Shown: positions 29,739 through 40,487 of the stretch, one piece after another
How the letters are laid out: each line of letters opens with the position of its first letter
How positions within the stretch are numbered: the stretch's first letter is position 1
Assembly (NCBI GenBank): GCA_900320345.1
Contig: ONRZ01000009.1
Coordinates: 3,950 to 67,949 of the forward strand
Reading direction: 5' to 3'
DNA from: an uncultured Lachnospiraceae bacterium
Lineage (GTDB): Bacteria > Bacillota > Clostridia > Lachnospirales > Lachnospiraceae
DNA: 64,000 nucleotides
Position numbers and translations under genes: made by a program
Notes under the pieces: generated by a model
Database searches by the model: none
Told to the model about the DNA's origin: nothing
The model's input: the letters and a program-made list of their open reading frames with translations, nothing else

Positions 29739-30512
29739 TCAGGCGCTTATCACCGATGCCAGAAGCTGTTTGGTATAGGGATGTTTAGGGTCATGATATA
29801 TCTCATCATCGGTACCCTGTTCCACTATCTCTCCCGACTTCATGACCATGACTCTGCTGCATACGGAATAAACCACTTTAAGATCATGTGAGATAAACAA
29901 AATGGCGATCCCAAGTTCCCTGTTCAGCTTAAGGAGCAGCTTAAGTATCTGATCCTGCACCGTGACATCAAGTGCCGAAACCGGTTCATCCGCTATGATC
30001 AGCCTGGGCTCTGTCATAAGCGCAAGCGCTATGCATATCCTCTGGCGCTGTCCTCCCGAGAGTTCATTCGGTCTTCTTGTAAGATAACTGTCATCAAGAC
30101 CTACCAGGTGTATCATCTCAGAGACTTTTTTATTGCGGTCGGGATCCTTTAGTTCTCCCCTTATCCTAAGTGGTTCTTCCAGTATCCACCCGACAGTCTT
30201 TGCGGGATTGAGCGAACCGTACGGATCCTGGAACACCATCTGGGCTCCCGTACTGGCATGCTCTATCCTGCCGTCGTGATCCTTCACGATCCCGAGAATG
30301 CATTTTGCAAGCGTCGACTTTCCGCAGCCGCTCTCTCCTACAAGGCCTACTATCTCACCGCTCCTTATCTCAAACGATACATTCTTAAGTATCTGTTTTC
30401 TTGCTCCGTTTCCGGTAAAGATCCCTGCCTTATCCCTGTAATATGCATTAAGGCCGGATACCTTAAGGATCACATCCGTATCTTCTTTTTTTCCTTCAAA
30501 AGACTCGTTCAT
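29739..30512 (-). CDS. Peptide/nickel-type ABC transporter ATPase (OppF/NikE-like, short form)
   Basis: 257 aa. Motifs: GESGCGKST, LSGGQRQR, IIADEPVSALD. Confidence 0.85.
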   Translation of the reverse strand: MNESFEGKKEDTDVILKVSGLNAYYRDKAGIFTGNGARKQILKNVSFEIRSGEIVGLVGESGCGKSTLAKCILGIVKDHDGRIEHASTGAQMVFQDPYGSLNPAKTVGWILEEPLRIRGELKDPDRNKKVSEMIHLVGLDDSYLTRRPNELSGGQRQRICIALALMTEPRLIIADEPVSALDVTVQDQILKLLLKLNRELGIAILFISHDLKVVYSVCSRVMVMKSGEIVEQGTDDEIYHDPKHPYTKQLLASVISA

Positions 30513-30540
30513 ATATGTCTGTCTCCAAACTGCGGCCGAT

Positions 30541-31350
30541 TCAGGGCTTAAGCTTCTCCATCCTGGGAATAGCGCTTATAAGCCTTTTGGTGTATTCCTC
30601 TTTCGGATGGTCAAAAACCTCATTAACGTCTCCGGACTCAACAACCCTTCCGTGATACATCACAAGTACACGGCTGCACAGCATACGGACCACGCTTAAG
30701 TCATGGGATATAAACAGTATCGCCGTGCCTGTCTTCTCATTTATCCTCTTTAAGAGCTTTATTATCTGTGCCTGAACGGTAACATCGAGAGCCGTCGTCG
30801 GTTCATCAGCTATGAGGATCTTGGGCTCGCATATGAGGGCCGCAGCTATCATCACTCTCTGCCTCATTCCTCCCGACAGTTCGTGGGGGTACTTGTCATA
30901 TACGTCTTCGGGATCCGGAAGCTCGACTTTTTCAAGCATTTTGAGCACTCTGGTACGGATCTCATCATCCGTAAGAGCCGTATGTATCCTCAGGCTCTCT
31001 CCGACCTGCCAGCCTATCTTTTTGACCGGATTAAGGCTCGTCATCGGTTCCTGGAATACCATGCTTATATCATTGCCCTGATATTTCCTTAAAGTCTCAC
31101 GGCTGCATGTGAGCAGATCCACGCCGTCAAACAGTATCTGTCCCCGTTTTTTCATATGCTTACGCGACAGAAGACCCGCTATGGCAAGCGCAGACATTGA
31201 CTTCCCGGAGCCCGACTCGCCTACGATCCCCACTATCTCACCTTCATCAAGATGCAGATCAAAATCATAGACAACCGTCTCCGGCGTTATATGGTCATGA
31301 AATTCAATGTTAAGATCTATAACATCAAGCATTATTCTCAAGTCCCTCAC
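30541..31350 (-). CDS. Peptide/nickel-type ABC transporter ATPase (OppD/NikD-like, short form)
   Basis: 269 aa. Motifs: GESGSGKS, LSGGMRQR, LIADEPTTALD. Confidence 0.85.
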   Translation of the reverse strand: MRDLRIMLDVIDLNIEFHDHITPETVVYDFDLHLDEGEIVGIVGESGSGKSMSALAIAGLLSRKHMKKRGQILFDGVDLLTCSRETLRKYQGNDISMVFQEPMTSLNPVKKIGWQVGESLRIHTALTDDEIRTRVLKMLEKVELPDPEDVYDKYPHELSGGMRQRVMIAAALICEPKILIADEPTTALDVTVQAQIIKLLKRINEKTGTAILFISHDLSVVRMLCSRVLVMYHGRVVESGDVNEVFDHPKEEYTKRLISAIPRMEKLKP

Positions 31351-32128
31351 TGAGCATGGAAAAACCGAGTATCAACAGTACCATGGCTATACCCGTACAT
31401 ATCGCATAGCCCGGTCTTACGAACAGATATGACTGTGCCTCCGAAAGCATGAGCCCAAGGCTCGGATCAGGCGGCTGGACACCGATACCGAGAAAACTCA
31501 TCCCCGCTTCCGCAAGCACCGCATTATTAAAGCCTATCGCTATGGTTGAAAGCATTACCTGAAATGCGTTTGGCAGGATGTGCACGAACATTATCCTCAT
31601 ATCCCCCGCCCCCATCAGCTTGGCACTCTGCACATAATCAAGATTCCTGCATCTTAAAAACTCTCCTCTTATTATCCTTGCATATCCCGGAGCAAAGAGT
31701 ATTCCAAGAGCAGTCATGACATTATACTTTCCGGGCCCCATAACGCTTATGAACACAAGGGCGAGCAAAAGTGCCGGAAAAGCAAGGACCGCATCATTAA
31801 ACCTCATAAGTATCTCGTCAACGCGCCCTCCGTAATATCCGGTAAGCGCACCTACCACGGTACCTAATACTATCCCGATGAACACGGTTCCCACCGCAAC
31901 CGTCATGGTAGTACCGATACCCGCAAGTATCCTGCTGAAGATATCCCTTCCGAAATTATCGCATCCCATGACATGCGCCATGGATATGCCGGCAAGCTTG
32001 GACGATACATCCATTTCATTGGGATCGTACGGGGTGAACTTAAGCCCTATGACCGCAAGGATGAGCATGAGTCCGGATATCAGCATACCTGTATACAATT
32101 TAAAATTTTCCCTTATCTTCCTGTTCAT
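31325..32128 (-). CDS. Peptide/nickel-type ABC transporter permease (OppC/NikC-like)
   Basis: 267 aa, multi-TM. EAA-type loop region: SAKLMGAGDMRIMFVHILPN. Confidence 0.85.
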   Translation of the reverse strand: MNRKIRENFKLYTGMLISGLMLILAVIGLKFTPYDPNEMDVSSKLAGISMAHVMGCDNFGRDIFSRILAGIGTTMTVAVGTVFIGIVLGTVVGALTGYYGGRVDEILMRFNDAVLAFPALLLALVFISVMGPGKYNVMTALGILFAPGYARIIRGEFLRCRNLDYVQSAKLMGAGDMRIMFVHILPNAFQVMLSTIAIGFNNAVLAEAGMSFLGIGVQPPDPSLGLMLSEAQSYLFVRPGYAICTGIAMVLLILGFSMLSEGLENNA

Positions 32129-33066
32129 TATCTGCTGATCCTCGGATCTATCATCTTGTACAGTACATCCACAATGAAATTATTCAAAATGACGATGCAG
32201 GCTATGATCGTTATTATCGCCTGGACAACCGGGTAATCACGGTTCGAGATGGACGTGATGAGCAGCCTCCCGATACCGGGTATCGAGAATACCTGCTCAA
32301 CTATAAGCGAACCCGCAACAATATCCGCAAGTGTCATCCCGAGAAAGGTTATCACGGGAATCATCGCATTCTTGAGAACATGCTTGTACAGCACCTCACT
32401 CGTGGAATTCCCTCTGCTGTATGCCGTCCTTACGTAATCAAGCCTGCTCTCCTTAAGAAGTGAACTCTTAAGAAGCTTGTTTGTCATCGCCGCCTTGGGA
32501 ATGGCTATTGCAAGGGATGGCAATATAAGATATGAAATAAACCCCGCAAAGCTGTCCCTGTAACTTACATATCCTCCGGGGGTAAACCATCTTAAGATGA
32601 TACCGAACAGATAAGTGAGCAGCATTCCGATAAAGAACGGCGGGACCGACATCATTATCTGGTTCAGCACATCCAGAACCTTCGAATACCACTTATCTTC
32701 ATGCTTCGCCGTATGTATCCCGAGCGGTATCGCGATCGCGATCACAAACAGAAACGAGATCAGAGTAAGAGCCACCGTTATCGGTATCTTACTCTTAAGC
32801 ATGTCACTCACGGAACTTCCGTAGGAGTAAGATTTTCCCATATCTCCGAAAAAGAAGTCCTTAAGCCATTCAAGATATCTTATTATAAGGGGACGGTTAA
32901 GTCCCATCTGCTCTCTTAATCTCTCCACCTTCTCGGGTGTTGCCTTGATACCCAGCATATTTACCGCCGGATCTCCCGGGATCACCCTGAAAGCGAAGAA
33001 GACAAGCAGCGTGACAATCAGAACCGTCACCAGCATGGTGATCAGCTTCTTTCCGATATATCTCAT
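32128..33066 (-). CDS. Peptide/nickel-type ABC transporter permease (OppB/NikB-like)
   Basis: 312 aa, multi-TM. Loop region: DYVRTAYSRGNSTSEVLYKHVLKNA. Confidence 0.85.
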   Translation of the reverse strand: MRYIGKKLITMLVTVLIVTLLVFFAFRVIPGDPAVNMLGIKATPEKVERLREQMGLNRPLIIRYLEWLKDFFFGDMGKSYSYGSSVSDMLKSKIPITVALTLISFLFVIAIAIPLGIHTAKHEDKWYSKVLDVLNQIMMSVPPFFIGMLLTYLFGIILRWFTPGGYVSYRDSFAGFISYLILPSLAIAIPKAAMTNKLLKSSLLKESRLDYVRTAYSRGNSTSEVLYKHVLKNAMIPVITFLGMTLADIVAGSLIVEQVFSIPGIGRLLITSISNRDYPVVQAIITIIACIVILNNFIVDVLYKMIDPRISR

Positions 33067-33107
33067 GCCTGTCCTCCGTATTTGTTATATTAAAACCGAT
33101 CTGTACT

Positions 33108-34622
33108 TTACTGTTCCTTAAAATACAGCTTCGCTATATCCTGCACATAAAGCGGATAGAAAACATATCCGTCAAGTTTCCCTGCAAGCGGAACGAACTC
33201 AGCCATATCCTGTATATAAACATTGGCTGCGTCCTCGGCAAGCAATGTCTCCATCTTCTTGTACAGTTCAGTCCTCTTATCGTCATCGATCGTGACCTGA
33301 GCTTCTTCGAACAGTTTATCATATTCAGGATTGGAATAATTGGTAAAATTATCCTCTGCCTTTGAATAAAATCTTCCCAGCATTGCATTTGCGGTAAGCT
33401 GTGATGCATCGACTCCTATCACGGTCGACTCGTACTGCCGGTTGGCATAAACATCGCTCAGCCAGGTGTTCCACTCAACCTGCTGGATGGTCGCATTAAC
33501 TCCTATCCTCTTGAACTGCTCCACGAGAACCTGTGCCGTATCAACATGAGGCTGGTAATTCGAAGGAACGGTTATGGTCATATCGAAACCGTCGGGATAT
33601 CCCGCTTCCTTCAGAAGTTCCCTGGCCTTTGACAGATCCGGAGTGTATGTATCGGTAAGTTCCGGCATGAAATACTTGCCAAATGCCGGGAACATCGAAG
33701 ATCCGAGCGGTGAACCCTTGCCGTCAAAAGCAATGTCTATTATCTCCTGCTTATCCGCCGCATAGCACAGTGCCTGCCTTACCCTTATATCATCAAAAGG
33801 CGCAACATTATGATTAAGATACAGAGCCTGAACCAGGTTCATACTTCCTTCATATACCGTAAACGTATTTGACAGCTGGCTTGTCTGTGACGCAGATATG
33901 CGCGCGCACATATCGATGGTACCGCCCTTTAAGGCAAGTATCATCGCATCATTATTGGCCTCTATCCTGAACTCAACATTGGCTATATGGGCCGGCTCTC
34001 CCCAGTAATCGTCAAACCTGGTCATGATGATATTTTCCTGAGGCGAACGTGATACGTATTTGTACGGGCCCGTTCCCACCGGCATGGTATCGGGATTTGC
34101 ATTATCCGCAGGGATAACAGCCGCTCCTACCGAAGCGATATACGCCGGGAAATCAACATCCCTCTCATTAAGGACTATCTCAACAGTATCCTTATCCGTG
34201 ATGTTGACCTCTTTGATGTTTGAAAATGCCGCTATGAGGGATTCCTCTCCCGTCATACCGGCACTCTTTTCTATGCTGTATTTAACATCCTCTGCCGTTA
34301 CGCGGTTCCCGTTATGAAACTTTACACCATCCCGAAGCTTAAACGTATAAACAAGTCCGTCTTCGGAAGCGGTATAGCTCTCAGCAACAGCAGGAATGAG
34401 CTCTCCATTCTCATCGGGCTTCAACAAGCCCTCGAATACGTTGAACAACACCTCTCTGGTTCCTGCCGCAACTGCTTTGTGTGGGTCAAGACTGTCTTCA
34501 AGATCCTGAGGTATCCCAACGACTATCTTCGAAGAATCACCTGCCTTTCTGCCTGCGCATCCGCTCAGTGCAATAGTCAGTGTCAGTAACACTGCAAGAA
34601 TAGAAACTACCCTTTTTCTCAT
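33108..34622 (-). CDS. Family-5 solute-binding lipoprotein (peptide/nickel type)
   Basis: 504 aa. Signal peptide plus lipobox LSGCAG. SBP family-5 architecture and A-B-C-D-E gene order as in nik/dpp operons. Substrate is not inferable. Confidence 0.85.
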   Translation of the reverse strand: MRKRVVSILAVLLTLTIALSGCAGRKAGDSSKIVVGIPQDLEDSLDPHKAVAAGTREVLFNVFEGLLKPDENGELIPAVAESYTASEDGLVYTFKLRDGVKFHNGNRVTAEDVKYSIEKSAGMTGEESLIAAFSNIKEVNITDKDTVEIVLNERDVDFPAYIASVGAAVIPADNANPDTMPVGTGPYKYVSRSPQENIIMTRFDDYWGEPAHIANVEFRIEANNDAMILALKGGTIDMCARISASQTSQLSNTFTVYEGSMNLVQALYLNHNVAPFDDIRVRQALCYAADKQEIIDIAFDGKGSPLGSSMFPAFGKYFMPELTDTYTPDLSKARELLKEAGYPDGFDMTITVPSNYQPHVDTAQVLVEQFKRIGVNATIQQVEWNTWLSDVYANRQYESTVIGVDASQLTANAMLGRFYSKAEDNFTNYSNPEYDKLFEEAQVTIDDDKRTELYKKMETLLAEDAANVYIQDMAEFVPLAGKLDGYVFYPLYVQDIAKLYFKEQ

Positions 34623-34664
34623 CGTGTTATCTCCTCTTCATTAATATTTAGTTGTATATAAAAT

Positions 34665-35114
34665 TTAATTAAGAACTTTCTTAAGTTCGTCCATGAATGT
34701 ATTAATGTCCTTAAACTCGCGATATACCGAAGCGAATCTTACGTAAGCGACAGCATCCAGATCCTTGAGCTTGTTCATTACGAGTTCACCGATAACATCA
34801 CTCGGTATCTCCTTGTCTTCGTAATTAAATACTTCCGTCTCAACTTCATCTATAAGCTGTGTGATCGATGATGCGGGTACAGGACGCTTGTGGCATGCTC
34901 TCAAAACTCCGGCCTCTATCTTGGTACGGTCATATGCCTCCCTGTTATTATCCTTCTTGATGACGATGAGCGGTATAGTCTCGATCTTCTCATAGGTGGT
35001 GAAACGCTTATCACACTCATCACACACCCTTCTTCTCCTTATGGAGTTATCGTTCTCCGCAGGACGGCTGTCAATAACCCTTGTGTTCTCATAACCGCAA
35101 AATGGACATTTCAT
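34665..35114 (-). CDS. nrdR: Transcriptional repressor NrdR
   Basis: 149 aa. Zinc ribbon MKCPFCGYENTRVIDSRP...RRRVCDECDKRFTTYE plus an ATP-cone. Confidence 0.95.
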   Translation of the reverse strand: MKCPFCGYENTRVIDSRPAENDNSIRRRRVCDECDKRFTTYEKIETIPLIVIKKDNNREAYDRTKIEAGVLRACHKRPVPASSITQLIDEVETEVFNYEDKEIPSDVIGELVMNKLKDLDAVAYVRFASVYREFKDINTFMDELKKVLN

Positions 35115-35165
35115 ACTTTATTCCCCTCTCTTATTATTTGTGCATCCCCTTTTTGCACCATACTA

Positions 35166-35195
35166 AATATAACTTATTGTTTGGAATTATGTCAA
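35166..35195 (-). promoter_or_regulatory. Putative sigma-A promoter of nrdR
   Basis: Minus strand reads TTGACA, an 18-nt spacer, then TATATT, about 50 nt upstream of the nrdR ATG. Confidence 0.4.
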
Positions 35196-35227
35196 CCCTA
35201 AATACTGAGTTGAACTCCAAAAAAATC

Positions 35228-35512
35228 CTATATCTTGTAACTGCCTTTCATCTCGTTCAGATACCTTATAACATCATCATATCCATCTTCCGTAAAAGAA
35301 AACCTCTGGGTCGTGATCATGTCTTCCTTCGTCTTCTCAAAACACAGCGGTTCAGGCCAGGTGTCCACCCGGAACTTATCGGTATCATCCTCATCGGCGG
35401 CTTTCTCCATCACTATACGGTAGCGCATCCCCTTAAAGCTTCCCGTAAACGGTCTGCCCTTTTTATAATGGGCAAACGAGAGAATATCATTTTTATCTAT
35501 CATGTCTTCCAT
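35228..35512 (-). CDS. Small hypothetical protein
   Basis: 94-aa ORF between the ftsZ terminator and nrdR. I recognise no family. Confidence 0.45.
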   Translation of the reverse strand: MEDMIDKNDILSFAHYKKGRPFTGSFKGMRYRIVMEKAADEDDTDKFRVDTWPEPLCFEKTKEDMITTQRFSFTEDGYDDVIRYLNEMKGSYKI

Positions 35513-35537
35513 GGCAAATATCCTCCGCTCGATATCA

Positions 35538-35570
35538 TAAAATCGAGCAGGCCATGCCCGCTCGATTTTT
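35538..35570 (-). terminator. Rho-independent terminator of ftsZ
   Basis: Minus strand has an 11-bp stem ATCGAGCGGGC-ATG-GCCTGCTCGAT flanked by an A run and a T run (TTTTATGAT). Confidence 0.65.
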
Positions 35571-35603
35571 GTGCATTATCAAATATCCGTCAACAGATCC
35601 GGT

Positions 35604-37097
35604 TTATTTCTTAAGGAAATCCGGTATCTTTATCTGCCTTGATTCAACCCTGCTGGTAAGAGGTGAAACGCCTCTTAAACCGCCTCCGAAAGTGGTAGGT
35701 TCCGGTGTGGGAGCGGTATTCTGAGTAACTCCGGGGATCGGCTGTACCTGCATTGCGCCCGCCTGACCCGGCATAGCTCCTGTCTGTCCCATTGCTCCAG
35801 CCTGTCCCATCGCAGGATTCATGTTCATCTGTGTATTCTGGAAATTATACGGTGCGGCCGTATTCTGTGTTCCAAACTGGGGTGCACCGTTCATACCCAT
35901 AGTGTTCTGAGGAACACCCATTCCCGCATTCAGAGGAGCGGTCATGCCGCCCAGCTGCTGTGTACCCATTCCGGGATTAAGCCCTATGTTTCCTGTCATT
36001 GCAGGATTCTGATTGGGAGCCATTCCCATACCTGCATTAGGCGAAACAAACTGCCTCTGCTGATATGCCTTGGAACCTGTGAAGTTCCTCATTCCGCCCG
36101 AAGCAAGTCCTGCAGCTGCGGGACGTGCATCCGGCTTGGGTATCCTGCTCTCATCTATACCTGTCGCGATAACCGTAACGGTACATGTATCGGGGTCTCT
36201 GTCATCGCACTGAGCACCCATGATAAGATTGACATCATCACCTGTAAGATCCCTTACGAACGATACGGCATCATCCGCATCAAGAAGTGTGATCTCACCT
36301 GAAATATTAACTATGATATGGCTCGCGCCCTGTATCGTCGTCTCAAGAAGAGGACTGTTGACAGCCTGCTTAACGGCTTCTATGGCCTTGTCATCACCCT
36401 TGGCAACACCAATACCGATATGGGCGATACCCTTGTTCTCCATGACTGTCTTAACATCGGCAAAGTCAAGATTAATGAGTGAGGGAACATTGATAAGATC
36501 GGTGATTCCGCGTACCGACTGCTGAAGTACTTCGTCCGCAAGCTTAAGTGCATCCGGCATCGTAGTCCTTCTGTCAACAAGTTCCAAAAGTTTATCATTG
36601 GGAATGACTATGAGTGTATCAACGTTCTGCTTAAGCTTCTCGATGCCTCCGAGAGCATTCTGCATACGCGTCTTTGCTTCGAATCTGAAAGGCTTCGTGA
36701 CAACTCCGACAGTCAGAGCACCCTGCTCCTTTGCCAGCCTTGCTATAACGGGAGCAGCTCCCGTACCGGTTCCGCCTCCCATTCCGCATGTTACGAATAC
36801 CATATGAGCGCCCCTTATGGCATTTGCTATGTCTTCGGCACTCTCCTCAGCTGCTTTCTCACCGATCTCGGGCTGCGCACCGCATCCCAATCCCTGTGTC
36901 AGCTTATCTCCGATCTGTAATAACCTGGGCGCCTTACACATCTGTAAGGCCTGCTTATCTGTATTTACTCCAAGGAACTCGACACCGCTTATCTGTTCCT
37001 CAACCATTCGATTTACTGCGTTATTACCGGCTCCGCCAACCCCTACGACAAGGATCTTGGCTGCCGCTTCCATTACATCAGTTTTAATTTCCAGCAA
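35604..37097 (-). CDS. ftsZ: Cell division protein FtsZ with an unusually long linker
   Basis: 497 aa from a TTG start after AAAGGGAGGGG. Motifs: [13 protein letters not shown] and the tubulin signature [13 protein letters not shown]. Conserved C-terminal peptide is IKIPDFLKK. The N-terminus MLEIKTD aligns to Bacillus MLEFETN. Confidence 0.95.
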   Translation of the reverse strand: MLEIKTDVMEAAAKILVVGVGGAGNNAVNRMVEEQISGVEFLGVNTDKQALQMCKAPRLLQIGDKLTQGLGCGAQPEIGEKAAEESAEDIANAIRGAHMVFVTCGMGGGTGTGAAPVIARLAKEQGALTVGVVTKPFRFEAKTRMQNALGGIEKLKQNVDTLIVIPNDKLLELVDRRTTMPDALKLADEVLQQSVRGITDLINVPSLINLDFADVKTVMENKGIAHIGIGVAKGDDKAIEAVKQAVNSPLLETTIQGASHIIVNISGEITLLDADDAVSFVRDLTGDDVNLIMGAQCDDRDPDTCTVTVIATGIDESRIPKPDARPAAAGLASGGMRNFTGSKAYQQRQFVSPNAGMGMAPNQNPAMTGNIGLNPGMGTQQLGGMTAPLNAGMGVPQNTMGMNGAPQFGTQNTAAPYNFQNTQMNMNPAMGQAGAMGQTGAMPGQAGAMQVQPIPGVTQNTAPTPEPTTFGGGLRGVSPLTSRVESRQIKIPDFLKK

Positions 37098-37206
37098 AAT
37101 GACGCCCCTCCCTTTTTATAAATTTCTCCACACTCATATACAATAATATAATCATTTTATGTAAATATCAATACTTTTTTTTCGCACATTTACAATATTT
37201 TGGGCA

Positions 37207-37959
37207 TTAATCGTTTGTAAAAGTAAACTTGTCACCCTCGCCCGTATAATTTTCCATATGGAGCACTCCCGAGCGTGCCGTCAGTTCAGGTAAAATGAAC
37301 CTCAGCCTGTTTATCTTCTCATCTATATAGTCGCTTGTCCCGAGATAAACCCTTACATCTCCGAAATAGAGAGTAATGTTATAGTTTTTGTCAAAATAGA
37401 TCTTGTCTATGTTCAGCTTATATTTTGTCAGAAGCTGCGTTATGTTAAGGATAAGCTTGAATGTCTCTTCCCTGTCTATCGGCAGCTTTTCATGGAGGGT
37501 GATATGGTCAAAATCAAGACCCGTGACGAACGGTATGCCCGCGACCTTCTCCGTAGAACTCTCTACCACTATCCCATCCTTGTCAAAATACAGATAATGC
37601 CCCAGATATTCAACATATCCGGCCACCGCCTTCTCATATACACGTATCTTGACCTCGGTCGGCGACAAAAGTTCCACGTCCATTTTCTCTATGAACGGAA
37701 CCTGATCCGCCTTGCCGAACCTGCCCTTCAGATACAGATATATGGAATTGTGCCCGTACTTCCCCGCAAGAACACGATTCTCTATCTGCTCTGCCGTATA
37801 ATGCTCATTCCCTGTTATATCAACCGATGTGATCGTAAATCTGGTCTTGATAACGATTATCGCTATGCACACGATGAGCAATGCGATCAACAGGCCTATC
37901 AAAAGTCCCAGTCCGCTCTTTTTTTCGGGATTTGCCGAGTAATCAACAGCCATAGTCAC
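37207..37959 (-). CDS. ftsQ: Cell division protein FtsQ/DivIB
   Basis: 250 aa. A single TM followed by POTRA/FtsQ-type domains. Positioned between ftsW and ftsZ. Confidence 0.75.
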   Translation of the reverse strand: MTMAVDYSANPEKKSGLGLLIGLLIALLIVCIAIIVIKTRFTITSVDITGNEHYTAEQIENRVLAGKYGHNSIYLYLKGRFGKADQVPFIEKMDVELLSPTEVKIRVYEKAVAGYVEYLGHYLYFDKDGIVVESSTEKVAGIPFVTGLDFDHITLHEKLPIDREETFKLILNITQLLTKYKLNIDKIYFDKNYNITLYFGDVRVYLGTSDYIDEKINRLRFILPELTARSGVLHMENYTGEGDKFTFTND

Positions 37960-37962
37960 CCC

Positions 37963-39126
37963 TTACTCGCCCGAATTCCTAAGCTTGATCCGGCGTGCCA
38001 CGCTGAACACCAGGCCTATCTCTATAAGCAGGAAAACGACAGCCGAACCTCCGTAACTGATAAACGGGAGCGTTATACCGGTGTTCGGTATAGTATTTGT
38101 TACAACCGCAACATTCAGTATGACCTGAAGGGATATATGTGCCATAACCCCAACAACGATAAGTGCACCGTACATATCCTCGGCATTATTCGCCACAACA
38201 AGGCACCGCCATATCAGGATAAGGAACATAAGAAGTACCGCGCCGGCTCCAAACAGCCCCAATTCCTCGCATATGATCGAAAAGACCATGTCATTCTGGG
38301 CTTCCGGTATGAAACCGAGCTTTTGCATGCTCTGTCCCAGCCCCTTGCCGAAAACCTCGCCGGAGCCTATGGCATACAGGGCCTGGAGTGTCTGGAATCC
38401 CGTTGTGCTCGCATAAGCCTCGGGATTGAGCCAGGCCTCGATACGGCCAAACCTGTATGACTGTTCCGAAGTGAGCACGCCCTTCTTTACAAGAAGAACA
38501 AACACTGCCGCTACCGCAAACAGCGAAAAGCCCAATATAAAGTATTCCTTGTAATTCGGTGTTGCAACAAACACCATCATAAAGATGATACCGAAAATGA
38601 TTATCGCCGTACTTAGGTTCTCGGTTATCGTAAGGACCAAAACAGATATGGGAACGCCCAGCAGGAGCGTCTTGATGACACCCTTTAAAGTCTGGACATT
38701 TCTGCCTATCTTACATACATATGCCGCAAAGAACAGGATCATTCCCGCCTTGGCTACCTCTGCGGGCTGCAGTGAAATACCGACGTTCAGCCATCTTCTC
38801 GCACCGTTCACCTCATATCCGAGCGGTGTCAGCACCAGAAGGATCAGTGCGGCCGACACAAGATATGCGGGAATAGCCAGTTTTCGCCATATATGATAAT
38901 CCACCATCATAACGACGAACATAAGTACAAGCCCAAACAGTGTTGCCTGAGCCTGTTTCTTAAGATAATAGGCCGAATCTCCGAAATCCAGCGACGCTTC
39001 GTACGAACTGACGCTGTAGAGCATTACAAGCCCGAAACACAAAAGGAAAAGAACAATGAACAGCATCGTATAATCAAAAAAAGTCTTTTCCTTATTCTTT
39101 TTGCGACGACCCCTTACGTCACTCAT
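37963..39126 (-). CDS. ftsW: SEDS-family peptidoglycan polymerase (FtsW/SpoVE type)
   Basis: 387 aa, about 10 TMs. Typical FtsW/RodA blocks (GFQTLQALYAIGSGEVFGKGLGQS, LPFISYGGS). Located in the dcw cluster. Confidence 0.85.
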   Translation of the reverse strand: MSDVRGRRKKNKEKTFFDYTMLFIVLFLLCFGLVMLYSVSSYEASLDFGDSAYYLKKQAQATLFGLVLMFVVMMVDYHIWRKLAIPAYLVSAALILLVLTPLGYEVNGARRWLNVGISLQPAEVAKAGMILFFAAYVCKIGRNVQTLKGVIKTLLLGVPISVLVLTITENLSTAIIIFGIIFMMVFVATPNYKEYFILGFSLFAVAAVFVLLVKKGVLTSEQSYRFGRIEAWLNPEAYASTTGFQTLQALYAIGSGEVFGKGLGQSMQKLGFIPEAQNDMVFSIICEELGLFGAGAVLLMFLILIWRCLVVANNAEDMYGALIVVGVMAHISLQVILNVAVVTNTIPNTGITLPFISYGGSAVVFLLIEIGLVFSVARRIKLRNSGE

Positions 39127-40472
39127 AGATCGTTTACATACTCCTTAAAAATATTGCCCCTCTGCTCATAATTGTCAAACATGCCCCAGCTTGCACAGGC
39201 CGGCGAAAGCAGTACGCAATCACCTTCCTTCGCATTGGCCGCGCATATATCGAACGCATCCTTAAAGGATTCGGCAAATTCATAGTCATTAAAGCCGTGT
39301 TTCTTCGCACATTCCGCTATCTTATTCCTTGTTGCGCCTATCAAAACAAGCTTCTTTACCTTGCCGTCAAATGCCTCTATCCATTCGTCATACTCAGATC
39401 CCTTATCATATCCCCCTCCGATAAGATAAGTCGGTCTGTTCATGGCTTTTATTCCCTTGATCGCGGCATCGACATTTGTACCCTTGGAATCATTGTAGTA
39501 TCTTACGCCTTTCTTCTCGGCAACAAATTCTATACGGTGTTCCACAGCCTTGAATTCACGCACTGACTTAAGTATGCTGTCCATCGGCACTCCGTATACA
39601 TGGGCTATAGCTATGGCCGCCATCGCATTTTCCATATTATGGATCCCGATGATGTTCATCTCGTCCGCTTCGATAAGCTTACTTGATACACCGTTCTCCG
39701 ATATATATATGGCTCCGTTCTCATAATAGAATCCATCGGAGAGCCTTGTCGCAGAGCTGAAGAACACAGGCGTTGCGGTAGTCCGTGAAGCAAAATCACG
39801 CAGTTCTTCATCCTCGTGATTTAAGATCACATAGTCTTCCTTCGTCTGATTGGTACAGACCGCTTCCTTTACTTCCATGTACTTTTCAAGAGTGTGATGT
39901 CTGTTCAGATGATCGGGGGTTATATTCAGTATCGCGCTGACATGCGGCTTGAAATCAACTATCGTTTCCAACTGGAAACTGCTTATCTCGGCTACCGATA
40001 TCGATCCGGCATCCGAAGAAGACACTTCCCTGGTATAGGGATTCCCAATATTGCCTACCACAAAAACCCTGTCATGATAGTCGGCCATGATCTTGCCGGT
40101 AAGCGCAGTGGTCGTCGTCTTTCCGTTCGTTCCCGTTATTGCGATCACCGAGCCCTTTTCGTATCTGTATGCAAGCTCGACTTCTCCTATAACGGGGATC
40201 CCTCTTTCCTTAAGATCAAGGACAAAGGCCGAATCCACCGGAACCCCGGGACTTAATACCGCAAGTGAGAGCGAACCGTATATTTCATCCGGAAGCTCCC
40301 CGAAGCATATCTCCACATTCTCTGTATCTCTGAGTTTGGCCTCAACAGCCTGCTTTTCAAGCTTATCGTTCGAATCAAACAGCACGCAGCTCTCTTTGTT
40401 CGAAGTCAGAAGATCACATGCGCTTATACCGCTGATGCCGGTCCCTACAACAAGAATCCTGTTTTTATCCAT
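39123..40472 (-). CDS. murD: UDP-N-acetylmuramoylalanine--D-glutamate ligase
   Basis: 449 aa. N-terminal Rossmann motif VVGTGISG and Mur-ligase P-loop GTNGKTTTT. Confidence 0.9.
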   Translation of the reverse strand: MDKNRILVVGTGISGISACDLLTSNKESCVLFDSNDKLEKQAVEAKLRDTENVEICFGELPDEIYGSLSLAVLSPGVPVDSAFVLDLKERGIPVIGEVELAYRYEKGSVIAITGTNGKTTTTALTGKIMADYHDRVFVVGNIGNPYTREVSSSDAGSISVAEISSFQLETIVDFKPHVSAILNITPDHLNRHHTLEKYMEVKEAVCTNQTKEDYVILNHEDEELRDFASRTTATPVFFSSATRLSDGFYYENGAIYISENGVSSKLIEADEMNIIGIHNMENAMAAIAIAHVYGVPMDSILKSVREFKAVEHRIEFVAEKKGVRYYNDSKGTNVDAAIKGIKAMNRPTYLIGGGYDKGSEYDEWIEAFDGKVKKLVLIGATRNKIAECAKKHGFNDYEFAESFKDAFDICAANAKEGDCVLLSPACASWGMFDNYEQRGNIFKEYVNDL

Positions 40473-40487
40473 ATCACATCCACCCGT

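Noticed and set aside
37492-38460. Long plus-strand ORFs in the track. Examples: 37492-38460 (322 aa), 49735-50826 (363 aa), 17872-18771 (299 aa), 42889-43647 (252 aa), 12470-13051, 44020-44458 and 199-726.
   Set aside because: Each lies entirely antisense to a minus-strand gene with clear family signatures. The translations are low-complexity or Arg/Leu/Ser/Ile-rich with no recognisable motifs and no convincing Shine-Dalgarno. They are best explained as shadow ORFs.
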